Shown here: one piece after another, positions 36,621-45,175 of the stretch | Layout of the letters: each line of letters begins with the position of its first letter | Numbering within the stretch: position 1 is the first letter of the stretch | From: an uncultured Candidatus Saccharibacteria bacterium | GTDB taxonomy: Bacteria; Patescibacteriota; Minisyncoccia; Phycocordibacterales; UBA9973 | Length of the DNA: 64,000 nt | Reading direction: 5' to 3' | Assembly (NCBI GenBank): GCA_964606285.1 | Contig: CAZSFP010000002.1 | Location: 43,890-107,889 of the forward strand | Made by a program: the position numbers and the translations under genes | Notes under the pieces: model-generated | Database searches by the model: none | What the model was told of the DNA's origin: nothing | Seen by the model: only the letters and a program-made list of their open reading frames with translations

Positions 36621-39005
36621 ATGAAAAAAATGATTCGATTGGGCATGCTTATGGTATGCCTGGTGTTAGCCTTCACAGCAACAAAAGCGCAAGAACAAGG
36701 TTTCTACATAGTAGAAACCAATATTCCAACAAATGTTACATCAACCGGAGGAAATCTACGTGGTGAATTTACAGCCAGTAGTGCAGTGAATGTAGGGTTT
36801 CAAATGAGACCCTTGGATTCACTGTTTACCCCAACTGATTATTTTTTCGGAATGACCAGTAGTAATCCTGTTTTCTCGGATTCAATTAATTATGTTGCAA
36901 GTTCATTGTTTACAGGTGTGCCGTATTATTACCGTTTGGTAATGGTGCGTCCTTTGTATAACGATACTATTTACGGACAAGCAATTGCATTTACACCAAC
37001 GGCACAAGTTGTGGTGGCACCGGTAGTTACCAATGTTCAGCTTAGTTCAGTTACATACAGTTCGATGAATGTATCTTCGTATATAAATACGCAAGGTGCA
37101 AATACGAATTGGCGAGTTAAAATGGGAACAACATTTCCATTGCCGGTCGTTACTGGCTGGATGAACATGGGAACAGTATCAGCAACAGTTTCAACAATCA
37201 TCGCGGTTCCATCAGGAGAACTGGTGCACGTTGAGATCGAAGCAAACAATGGACAAACTGCAACATCGTCACCGGTGTCACAGCAAATCCCGAATGCACC
37301 GATTGCTGATGCGACATGTGCATTGCCGGTAGTAAGTGGTACCACTTGGAATTCAATCAGCTTGCAATCACAAGTTACAACCAACAACAGTCAAACTGAC
37401 ATGAACTGGGAATGGGGAACACAAATTCCTTCGAACAGTTCAACAGGATGGTTGGTGTTCGGTTCGATCAGTGGTAATGCAAATGTAACGATCCCAAATC
37501 TGATAGAAAATACACAGTACATTATTCGTGCTACGTGCAGAAACCAGACAGGGAATGTTCACGTTACAGACTACATTACTGCAACGACAAACAGTCAGCC
37601 ACAAAATTTACCACCAGCAATTGCAACAGCACTGAGTGCGAATACAAGCAGTGTTACAGTAAACGGAACGTGGTCTGCTTCGGGAGTATTTCCGAGTACT
37701 ATCAGAACGGAATATGCACTTAATGCAAATTTCTCTTTTCCGGTAAGTATTGTTTCTCAAAATAATTACAATACACTACAAGGAAATGAGGTGGTAACAA
37801 TCAGTCCATTGAATTCAAATCAACAAGTTTGGGTTCGTCAGATTATTACGAACAGTTCTGGAAGTGATACATCTATTGCGACAATTACCACAGCAGAAAA
37901 TATCGTTCAGGTAACGGTAGGTAATGCAGTGGTTGTGTCTCAATCTGTTGGACAAACAACAATCAGTTTTGTTGTTTCGATGGGGAGTGATTCTCCGGCT
38001 CTTATGGAGCTCGAGGGGTCACTTGATCCACAATTCGGAACAATTACTGAATTTGCATCTGCAAATGTGACTGCAAGCGGAACACAATCATTGAACGCAT
38101 CTTCTGTGCTCTTGTCTGCCGGTTCAACATGGTACATGCGTGTTCGTGCAAGTGATTCGAATAGCAACACTGTTTCAAATACAGTTGTTGTCACAATCCC
38201 TCCGGATCTTGCAGTGCCGACAATCATTGCTGCAACGGTAACTGATACCACCAACGATGGTGGAACAGTTGTCGTAAATTACAACGGTAATGGTAATGCA
38301 ACACAGCTTACACTGTATTCAGGGTTATCAGGTACCACACTCAATGATTCAGTATCACAATTTGGATCATCCGGTTCTGGATCAGCTTCATTTACATTGA
38401 CTGGTTATCTTGAAAATACACAAGTATTTTATCAAGTGAAAGCGACCAGTATTGCTGGATCAGTATGGAGTAATGTTCAATCGTTTGTAACAACGCAAGA
38501 CATCTTGCTTGTGCCTCCAACGGTAGCAACGATCAGTGCCTGGGGAAATTCCTCAGGTGGAAAAATCAAATATAGCTATGCAGCTGTAAATGATTTTCAA
38601 GCATGGGGTGAAGTAACTCAAAACAATTGGAGTACAATCACTCCGACTGCAGTAGAAATAAAATCTGCAGGTGCAGGTATTGATACACTCACGATTGATG
38701 GACCACTTGCCAACGGCACGTATGCTGTTCAGGTGGTGGGTTATGTTATCAATCACGCTCCAGTAAATGGGGGAGTTGCCACGTTTACAGTTGGTTCTGT
38801 CGGTATACCCGAACTGATGAAAAGGATAAAGTTCGAAGGAGTTTTATTTTTGAATTCAGTTGAAGGAAAACTGATGGGAATGCATACTGTAAAGCAATTT
38901 ACTGACATTAGTTTCTTGTACACGGAGACACCAACAGGAGTGTATAATTACACTCTCATAGAGGACAATAAAGTCCTTGGTAGCGGTAAGTTGTTTGTGA
39001 GATAG
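36621..39005 (+). CDS. Large secreted protein with multiple fibronectin type III-like domains
   Basis: Signal peptide MKKMIRLGMLMVCLVLAFTATKA. Recurrent FN3-like signatures are YYYRL, YIIRATCRNQTGN, WYMRVRASDSN, VFYQVKATSIAGS and TYAVQVVGY. 794 aa. Confidence 0.6.
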   Translation: MKKMIRLGMLMVCLVLAFTATKAQEQGFYIVETNIPTNVTSTGGNLRGEFTASSAVNVGFQMRPLDSLFTPTDYFFGMTSSNPVFSDSINYVASSLFTGVPYYYRLVMVRPLYNDTIYGQAIAFTPTAQVVVAPVVTNVQLSSVTYSSMNVSSYINTQGANTNWRVKMGTTFPLPVVTGWMNMGTVSATVSTIIAVPSGELVHVEIEANNGQTATSSPVSQQIPNAPIADATCALPVVSGTTWNSISLQSQVTTNNSQTDMNWEWGTQIPSNSSTGWLVFGSISGNANVTIPNLIENTQYIIRATCRNQTGNVHVTDYITATTNSQPQNLPPAIATALSANTSSVTVNGTWSASGVFPSTIRTEYALNANFSFPVSIVSQNNYNTLQGNEVVTISPLNSNQQVWVRQIITNSSGSDTSIATITTAENIVQVTVGNAVVVSQSVGQTTISFVVSMGSDSPALMELEGSLDPQFGTITEFASANVTASGTQSLNASSVLLSAGSTWYMRVRASDSNSNTVSNTVVVTIPPDLAVPTIIAATVTDTTNDGGTVVVNYNGNGNATQLTLYSGLSGTTLNDSVSQFGSSGSGSASFTLTGYLENTQVFYQVKATSIAGSVWSNVQSFVTTQDILLVPPTVATISAWGNSSGGKIKYSYAAVNDFQAWGEVTQNNWSTITPTAVEIKSAGAGIDTLTIDGPLANGTYAVQVVGYVINHAPVNGGVATFTVGSVGIPELMKRIKFEGVLFLNSVEGKLMGMHTVKQFTDISFLYTETPTGVYNYTLIEDNKVLGSGKLFVR

Positions 39006-39030
39006 CGATGAAATAGCTGCTCTTTTTAAT

Positions 39031-39068
39031 AAAAATCCCCTCACTATTTAGGAGGGGATTTTTTTTGT
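39031..39068 (+). terminator. Intrinsic terminator (AAAAATCCCCTCactatttaGGAGGGGATTTTTTTT)
   Basis: 9-bp stem plus an 8-T run after the FN3-protein gene. Confidence 0.7.
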
Positions 39069-39077
39069 GCCAAATAC

Positions 39078-39106
39078 TTGACTTTTGTTCTCTGATCTGC
39101 TATACT
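39078..39106 (+). promoter_or_regulatory. Near-consensus promoter TTGACT-N17-TGcTATACT with no downstream protein gene
   Basis: -35 at 39078-39083 and an extended -10 TGCTATACT at 39098-39106. Confidence 0.5.
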
Positions 39107-39112
39107 CTTTTT

Positions 39113-39195
39113 GTGAGTGTTTGGGCGATCTCGATTTTTTATCAAACAACACAAATGCTGCACAGACCCGCTTCGGCGGGTTTTGTGTTTTTTGG
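39113..39195 (+). ncRNA. Candidate orphan small RNA (about 80 nt) between that promoter and an intrinsic terminator (ACACAAA…CCCGCttcgGCGGG…TTTGTGT + T7)
   Basis: The promoter (above) is followed by a UUCG-tetraloop hairpin and a T-run at 39181-39193. The next gene lies on the opposite strand. Confidence 0.35.
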
Positions 39196-39207
39196 GGAAT
39201 AGAAAAC

Positions 39208-39236
39208 AAAAAAAGCCCTTTTTAAAGGGCTTTTTA
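39208..39236 (-). terminator. Terminator of the minus-strand gene 39241..39660 (AAAAAAAGCCCTTTttaAAGGGCTTTTT)
   Basis: Perfect 8-bp stem with A/T-runs. Confidence 0.6.
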
Positions 39237-39240
39237 TCAT

Positions 39241-39660
39241 TCAACTGTCTCTTTTAAATACTATCCGTTCGATATTTCCGGTGCTTATCATATACATGTA
39301 AAATTCCTGATCATGTTCGTTTGTGTAACGGATTGTTCCATATGAAATAGATTCACCTAAAAATATATGGTGATCTGTGGCAGAAATTCCTATATGTGTT
39401 GTGCCACCGTTGATAGTTGTTTTATTTTTTGAAATGTTTGAAACAATTTTTGTTTGTTCGTTGTCAGTATGTTTTTCTAGTGTAAAAAAAAGTTTCAACA
39501 TTGATAAAAGAAAATATTTTTCTTTTACTAGATAGTGAAATTCTATTTCGATAGGGTACATGCCGCAATCTTTCATTTTTTGAAATTTTTTATTCCAAAA
39601 TGTCACAGGATCATCTTTTGTGATTTTTTCTTGTATGGATATTTCAATATAATCAGGCAT
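39241..39660 (-). CDS. Hypothetical protein (AT-rich)
   Basis: 139-aa ORF with no recognisable motifs and low GC. Confidence 0.45.
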   Translation of the reverse strand: MPDYIEISIQEKITKDDPVTFWNKKFQKMKDCGMYPIEIEFHYLVKEKYFLLSMLKLFFTLEKHTDNEQTKIVSNISKNKTTINGGTTHIGISATDHHIFLGESISYGTIRYTNEHDQEFYMYMISTGNIERIVFKRDS

Positions 39661-39758
39661 AATAATTCAAGTATAAAGTTCATTTTCTCCTATACTACTC
39701 TTTTTTCTTCATTCGGCAATATCTCCCTTTTTTCTGGCACATATGCTATACTCGGGGC

Positions 39759-39890
39759 AGTGCAGTCTCTCTCTTCATGACCAGCGACTGCACTCACATA
39801 AAGCATTTGTGTTGGAGCTCGCACTCGCTGGTCTTGAAGAGAGAGAAATAAAAATAACCACATATGATGTGGTTATTTTTATTTTTATTG
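39759..39890 (+). ncRNA. Candidate structured sRNA or cis element with two mutually exclusive hairpins. It lies downstream of a TGcTATACT -10 (39744-39752) and ends in a bidirectional terminator.
   Basis: Hairpin A is GTGCAGTC(39760-67)…GACTGCAC(39786-93). Hairpin B is a 19-bp stem, TCTCTCTTCAtGACCAGCGA (39768-87) with TCGCTGGTCtTGAAGAGAGA (39825-44). The shared segment 39768-39785 cannot be in both. Terminator is AAAAATAACCACATatgATGTGGTTATTTTT (39849-39880). Confidence 0.35.
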
Positions 39891-39954
39891 AAAATATATT
39901 TTTTAATTATTTTTTATTTTCTGTTTGTAAAAAAATAAAAAATAATTTTTTGAG

Positions 39955-39963
39955 TTATCCACA
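39955..39963 (+). promoter_or_regulatory. Perfect DnaA-box consensus TTATCCACA inside a roughly 170-bp, more than 80 % AT stretch (39885-40060)
   Basis: Exact 9-mer match. Degenerate related 9-mers (ATAACCACA/TGTGGTTAT) lie at 39854-39875. No dnaA/dnaN is in the window. Confidence 0.3.
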
Positions 39964-40110
39964 CATGTGATGAAAAAAATATTGCATAATATTTGTTTCT
40001 CTATGATAATAGATATAGAAGGTTGTATCGAAAATTTACAAAAGTTTATTTATTAAATTTTTTGTTGGTCGCTCGATGCACATCTTTTAGAAATAATTTT
40101 CGTATATATT

Positions 40111-40200
40111 ATGGCAGCAAAAAAGAAAGCGAAGAAAGTCGCAAAAAAGTCAGCTAAGAAAGGTGCTAAAAAGAAAGCTGGCAAAAAGAAGAAGAAATAA
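40111..40200 (+). CDS. 29-aa poly-lysine/alanine mini-protein (MAAKKKAKKVAKKSAKKGAKKKAGKKKKK), histone H1/Hc-tail-like
   Basis: Uninterrupted ATG…TAA frame with its own upstream AT-rich region. Two intrinsic terminators follow directly, at 40238-40266 and 40272-40298. It is below the 60-aa cutoff of the ORF track. Confidence 0.35.
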   Translation: MAAKKKAKKVAKKSAKKGAKKKAGKKKKK

Positions 40201-40237
40201 TATTTCTCTTCGCACTCTCTTCCAAATGTGCTCAAAA

Positions 40238-40266
40238 CAAAAATCCCAGATGGCGGGGATTTTTGT
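40238..40266 (+). terminator. Intrinsic terminator (AAAAATCCCagatggcGGGGATTTTTGTTTTTT)
   Basis: GC stem plus T-run, 38 nt after the mini-ORF stop. Confidence 0.55.
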
Positions 40267-40401
40267 TTTTTATCTGTCCTCATTCATGAGGGCAGATAAA
40301 AAACCCCTGCGTAGCTTTGTGCGAAGCAGGGTAATTGCTTTTAAAAATATTTTTTATCTTTGCTGCAGGGTCCATTTTGTGCTATACTCACCCGTATTGC
40401 T

Positions 40402-42849
40402 ATGTCATTTATCCAATCAATTTTCGGCGACAAGGGTACCCGATTTGCGCGATCAAATCGCTCTCTTGTTTCGAAAATAAACGCACTTGAGTCTTCTGTA
40501 CAAACGCTCTCTCCAGAAGATTTTCCAAAAAAAACCCAAGAATTTCGTGATCGTCTCGCGAAAGGGGAATCACTTGATGCTGTTGTTCCAGAAGCGTTCG
40601 CTTTGGTCCGTGAGGCAGCAAAACGGGTACTCGGACAACGTCACTATGATGTGCAGTTGATTGGTGGACTCGCACTCTATCAGGGTCATATTGCTGAGAT
40701 GCGAACCGGTGAAGGAAAAACACTTGTGGCAACATTGCCGGTCTATACGCTCGCACTTCGGGGCGATGGCGTGCATGTTGTCACAACCAATGATTATCTC
40801 GCACGTCGTGATGCGGTATGGATGGGACAAATCTACGCATACCTTGGACTTTCTGTCGGTGTTATCAATACACAGACGGTGTCATATCTCTACGATCCAT
40901 CACATACCGAAAAAGACGCAGAACGCGACAATGTCGGTGCATACAAAGTTGAATACGAATTTCTTCGTCCGTCATCACGCCGTGATGCGTATGCCGCCGA
41001 TATTACGTATGGTACGAACAATGAGTATGGTTTTGATTATCTCCGTGACAATCTCGTTGGCCACAAGAATCAGATCGTACAACGATCACATGCGGTGGCA
41101 ATCGTCGATGAAATCGACTCGATCTTGATCGATGAGGCGCGAACACCGCTCATTATCTCCTCTCCAGCAGAAGAATCTGGGGAACTCTATAATACATTTG
41201 CAAAAATCGCCGCTCAACTCGTGCCAGAGACGGATTATACGGTTGATGAAAAAATGCGTGCGATCCAGCTCACAGATGCTGGCATTACGCATGCAGAAAA
41301 ATTATTGGGTATTTCTGATATCTATACAGAACGCGGCATCAAATATGTACATCATTTGGAAACCGCTATTCGGGCAAAAGCACTTTTTATAAAAGACAAA
41401 GAATATACCGTCACAAACGGTGAGATTATTATTGTTGACGCCTCAACAGGACGACTTATGCACGGCAGACGTTACAACGAAGGATTGCATCAGGCGATCG
41501 AAGCCAAGGAGCACGTGACGATTCAAAAGGAGAGTCGGACAGCAGCATCTATTACATTTCAAAACTATTTTAGATTTTATAAACATCTCTGTGGTATGAC
41601 CGGTACGGCAAAAACATCTTCCGAGGAATTTTTCAAAGTCTACGGTCTCGAAGTCATCAGTATTCCGACACATCGGGCAATTGCGCGTCGCGATCACACG
41701 GATCTTGTCTACCAGACAGAGAAGGGCAAGTGGCGGGCGATTGCTGACAAGGTCACAGAGCTTCACAAAAAAGGCCAGCCGGTATTGATCGGAACTATTT
41801 CTATTGAAAAAAATGAATTATTGTCGGAATATTTGAAATCATATGGCATTCCGCATACACTGCTCAATGCAAAAAATCATGAAAAAGAAGGAGAGATTGT
41901 TGCCATGGCCGGTAAACGTGGTGCAGTCACGATTGCCACAAACATGGCGGGTCGCGGTGTCGACATCAAGCTTGGTGGTCCTGATGGAACACCAGCAGAT
42001 GCAGATGAAGTTCGTGCAGTTGGTGGTCTCTTTGTCCTTGGAACTGAGCGACATGAAGCGCGCCGCATCGACAACCAGCTTCGGGGGCGATCTGGTCGTC
42101 AGGGCGATCCGGGTGAAACCCAATTCTTCGTCTCGCTCGAAGATGATCTCATGCGTATTTTCGGATCTGATCGATTGAAAGCGATGATGGGACGGTTTGG
42201 TATTCCAGAAGAACAGCCGATCGAGAACAAGCTTGTCATGCGTGCACTCGAAAGTGCCCAGGAAAAGATCGAGGGCTTTCATTTTGATGCTCGAAAACAG
42301 ACACTTGAATACGACGATGTCATTAACCGTCAGCGTGAATCCATTTATACCCGCCGCCGATCCATGCTTGTTAGTGATAATGCATATATTCTCGAGTATG
42401 TCCTTGGTCTCATTGCGGGGGATACCAGAGAAAACATTATCAAAGAAAAAAGAACAATTTTGGGTGACGAGGCATTTTCTGATACTGCCCGCCGAATCAT
42501 TCTCTATACGACTGATATTCTCTGGGTGGAACATTTGGAAACTATGGAATACACCCGTCAGTCGGTAAACTTGCGGGCATATGGCCAGCGTGAACCTTTG
42601 ATTGAATACAAAAAAGAGGCCCTGATCCTGTTCCGGGACATGGAAGCGAGATTCAAAGATCAAGTCACCCAACTTCTTTCGACCCTTGATGTTGCGGTCA
42701 TAAAACAGTCAGAGCATCCGACAATAGAAGTAATTCCCGAGAAAAATAGTGAAAATACAGGAGAAAAGAAGGTAGGGCGCAATGATCCGTGCCCATGTGG
42801 TAGCGGTAAAAAGTATAAAAAGTGTCATGGTACCGAAACTGATGTCTAG
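40402..42849 (+). CDS. secA: Preprotein translocase ATPase SecA
   Basis: DEAD-like motor motifs (…MRTGEGKTLVATLP…DEIDSILIDEARTPLIIS…) and the C-terminal zinc motif CPCGSGKKYKKCHG. Start taken at MSFIQSIFG (40402). Confidence 0.95.
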   Translation: MSFIQSIFGDKGTRFARSNRSLVSKINALESSVQTLSPEDFPKKTQEFRDRLAKGESLDAVVPEAFALVREAAKRVLGQRHYDVQLIGGLALYQGHIAEMRTGEGKTLVATLPVYTLALRGDGVHVVTTNDYLARRDAVWMGQIYAYLGLSVGVINTQTVSYLYDPSHTEKDAERDNVGAYKVEYEFLRPSSRRDAYAADITYGTNNEYGFDYLRDNLVGHKNQIVQRSHAVAIVDEIDSILIDEARTPLIISSPAEESGELYNTFAKIAAQLVPETDYTVDEKMRAIQLTDAGITHAEKLLGISDIYTERGIKYVHHLETAIRAKALFIKDKEYTVTNGEIIIVDASTGRLMHGRRYNEGLHQAIEAKEHVTIQKESRTAASITFQNYFRFYKHLCGMTGTAKTSSEEFFKVYGLEVISIPTHRAIARRDHTDLVYQTEKGKWRAIADKVTELHKKGQPVLIGTISIEKNELLSEYLKSYGIPHTLLNAKNHEKEGEIVAMAGKRGAVTIATNMAGRGVDIKLGGPDGTPADADEVRAVGGLFVLGTERHEARRIDNQLRGRSGRQGDPGETQFFVSLEDDLMRIFGSDRLKAMMGRFGIPEEQPIENKLVMRALESAQEKIEGFHFDARKQTLEYDDVINRQRESIYTRRRSMLVSDNAYILEYVLGLIAGDTRENIIKEKRTILGDEAFSDTARRIILYTTDILWVEHLETMEYTRQSVNLRAYGQREPLIEYKKEALILFRDMEARFKDQVTQLLSTLDVAVIKQSEHPTIEVIPEKNSENTGEKKVGRNDPCPCGSGKKYKKCHGTETDV

Positions 42850-42899
42850 ACTCTAAAAATTACAAAATTTATTTAAATTATTGTCAAATCAAAATCGAT

Positions 42900-42930
42900 A
42901 AAAAACCCTTATTTTATAAGGGTTTTTTAT
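42900..42930 (+). terminator. Intrinsic terminator after secA (AAAAACCCTTATtttATAAGGGTTTTTT)
   Basis: Perfect stem with a T-run. Confidence 0.65.
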
Positions 42931-43034
42931 GTTTGACACCACTCAAAAATATGGTATAACTATTGACTTTTTATTCGCAATATGCTACTATATACTTGTA
43001 ATCCCGAAAGGGGTTTTTCATTTGGGATAACCAC

Positions 43035-43649
43035 ATGAACCAACCGTCACGATGTTCTACGGAGCACACACCGTCACTTATGACTACAAAAACTACAACA
43101 GCATCTCGTATCTTTTATTCAATTATCATGCTTCCAATGATGTCCGCAGGACTCTCTATCGACCATGTCGATACGATCAATGTTTTGCCGGTTCCAACAG
43201 AAGGAGTATCGATCACAACTTCAATCTCAGAAGACGCAATCATCGAGCAGATCCGTAAGGAACGTGCACAGGCGATTGACGACTACTTTGCATCACGAAA
43301 CCTCCCGCTTGCGGGTTATGGTATGAAAATGGTTATCGAAGCTGAAAAGAATGGTCTTGATTGGCGTTTGATTCCAGCGATTGGTATGCGTGAATCAACT
43401 GGTGGTAAGTTTGCATGTAAAAGTGCCGACTACAGTCCATTCGGTTTCGGTTCATGCCGTATCGACTTTGATTCATATGATCATGCGATCGAAGTTGTTG
43501 CCCGTAACTTGGGTGGTAACAATCCTCGAACAAAGGGTAGTTATGCAAACAAGACGCTTGTCCAAAAATTGAAATCCTATAACTCGGTCATCCCGACCTA
43601 TACAAAAGAAATTTTCTCTATCATGAACAAGATTTCTCCAGACGCTTAA
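43035..43649 (+). CDS. Secreted/membrane hypothetical protein, possibly lysozyme-like (weak)
   Basis: N-terminal hydrophobic segment. The IPAIGMRESTGGKF segment weakly resembles the GH23/SLT catalytic Glu-Ser region. 204 aa. Confidence 0.35.
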   Translation: MNQPSRCSTEHTPSLMTTKTTTASRIFYSIIMLPMMSAGLSIDHVDTINVLPVPTEGVSITTSISEDAIIEQIRKERAQAIDDYFASRNLPLAGYGMKMVIEAEKNGLDWRLIPAIGMRESTGGKFACKSADYSPFGFGSCRIDFDSYDHAIEVVARNLGGNNPRTKGSYANKTLVQKLKSYNSVIPTYTKEIFSIMNKISPDA

Positions 43650-43659
43650 TCGTTTGGGC

Positions 43660-43695
43660 ACAAAAAAATCCCGTCACATTGTGGCGGGATTTTGT
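43660..43695. terminator. Bidirectional terminator (AAAAAAATCCCGTCACAttGTGGCGGGATTTTGTG)
   Basis: GC stem with A/T-runs, between convergent genes. Confidence 0.6.
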
Positions 43696-44228
43696 GTTAC
43701 CGGAGGGAAGAAGTAATTTTCGAAATAGTTTCTGAATTCTGTGATTTTCTTCCAGAACTTTTTCCGAAATCGTGTTTTCTTTTCTCTGTCGCATGTTGCC
43801 TGTATTGCATAGAAGAGTGCTTCTTCTTTGTCCAAGAATTGACTTTTTATTTGAGATAAAGTTTCAATTTCTTCAATGATGAGCGACTCATATTTCTTTT
43901 TTTCAGGATCAGAAACGTTTACCAGAGAAGAACGAGATGGTTGTATTTCACGACACATAGGAGAAATATCATCCATAAAGGATTCAAATGATTGCCATCT
44001 GTTGTGTATTTTGTTATCAGAAAAATGACACGCAAACACTTCTCTCATGGAAATCATAAAATAACTTGATTTTCTTATCGCGCCAATTTTTTTCTTTTTG
44101 TTATAGAGTCGGAGTACGCGTTTTGCTAATACATATGTTTCGTGAAATTTTAATTTTTCTAATTCTTCTCTTGTTTTTAGTTTTTTGGGACGAATTATCT
44201 TTTTCTTTTTGTGATAATATCTTGGCAT
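43674..44228 (-). CDS. Hypothetical basic protein (AT-rich)
   Basis: 184-aa ORF with a K/R-rich N-terminus and no recognisable domain. Confidence 0.4.
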   Translation of the reverse strand: MPRYYHKKKKIIRPKKLKTREELEKLKFHETYVLAKRVLRLYNKKKKIGAIRKSSYFMISMREVFACHFSDNKIHNRWQSFESFMDDISPMCREIQPSRSSLVNVSDPEKKKYESLIIEEIETLSQIKSQFLDKEEALFYAIQATCDREKKTRFRKKFWKKITEFRNYFENYFFPPVTQNPATM

Positions 44229-44356
44229 TTCAAGGAATATAAAAGTTTTCTTTATTCTACGCTATTTTATGGTAGTGTCAACAGCTTCACAATGTACATT
44301 GACTTTAGAGGAATGGTGGGGTAGTGTGCTGGTAAACAATGTAAAAATTCTGTTCT

Positions 44357-45136
44357 ATGAAACCTCGTTTAGAAAAAATTGTTGAAGACAATAAAACCAC
44401 TGAAATAAAAGTATTTTTTAGAAATTCACTTTTGTTTCTCATTCCTTTCATTCTCTGTAGTGTGATTGTATTTTTACTGATATTTTTTGATGTTTGGTAT
44501 ATAAATACAGGCACAGAATTTGCTCGATATATCATACTTCCCGTTTCTGCGGGTCTTGTTCTTGGTGTTATTTTTTGGGTTATGTTTCCAAAGACAACAA
44601 TAAGAAAAATAGAACCGATAGAGATGTGGGTAAACAAAGATTCTCATATCGTTTTTTATCCTCAAACAAGATATAAGATACCTTCAGATGTATTTAAAAA
44701 GGAATTTAAAAATGTTTGTTCCATCAGCCTTAACTCCAGAGCTTCACTTACTATAGACATATCGTTTCTCAGAGAAGCCGAAGAGGTGCGAAAATTGCTT
44801 TGTTCTGTTGAGATCAAATGGAATGGTAGCGGTGGAGACATGCAAAGATTTTTAGATGAAGAAAAAGAGATCATAAAAATGGGGTTATTGTTTGAAAAAC
44901 AGATACAGTATGATAGCCCACAAGAGATCGATGTTCTCACTCCGTTTCTTTATTATCATCTTCCTGAAATGAAGAATCAAAAGGGAAAAGAACTTGCGAA
45001 ATTGTACAATCCTTCCAGTGCAGAACAGCAAGAATTGTATCGTACAATTATTCGCGATTATTTTGATAGTTTAGGATATAGACTTGTTATCAATGGTTCT
45101 TTCGCTCTTCCGGGAGAGATATATACACCTTGGTAA
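44357..45136 (+). CDS. Hypothetical membrane protein
   Basis: 259 aa with two N-terminal TM helices and no recognisable domain. It is AT-rich. Confidence 0.45.
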   Translation: MKPRLEKIVEDNKTTEIKVFFRNSLLFLIPFILCSVIVFLLIFFDVWYINTGTEFARYIILPVSAGLVLGVIFWVMFPKTTIRKIEPIEMWVNKDSHIVFYPQTRYKIPSDVFKKEFKNVCSISLNSRASLTIDISFLREAEEVRKLLCSVEIKWNGSGGDMQRFLDEEKEIIKMGLLFEKQIQYDSPQEIDVLTPFLYYHLPEMKNQKGKELAKLYNPSSAEQQELYRTIIRDYFDSLGYRLVINGSFALPGEIYTPW

Positions 45137-45139
45137 ATT

Positions 45140-45170
45140 AAAAAAAAAGACACACTGTGTCTTTTTTTTT
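45140..45170. terminator. Bidirectional terminator (AAAAAAAAGACACActGTGTCTTTTTTTTT)
   Basis: Perfect palindrome with A8/T9 runs, between the 44357 gene (+) and dnaE (-). Confidence 0.65.
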
Positions 45171-45175
45171 GTTTT

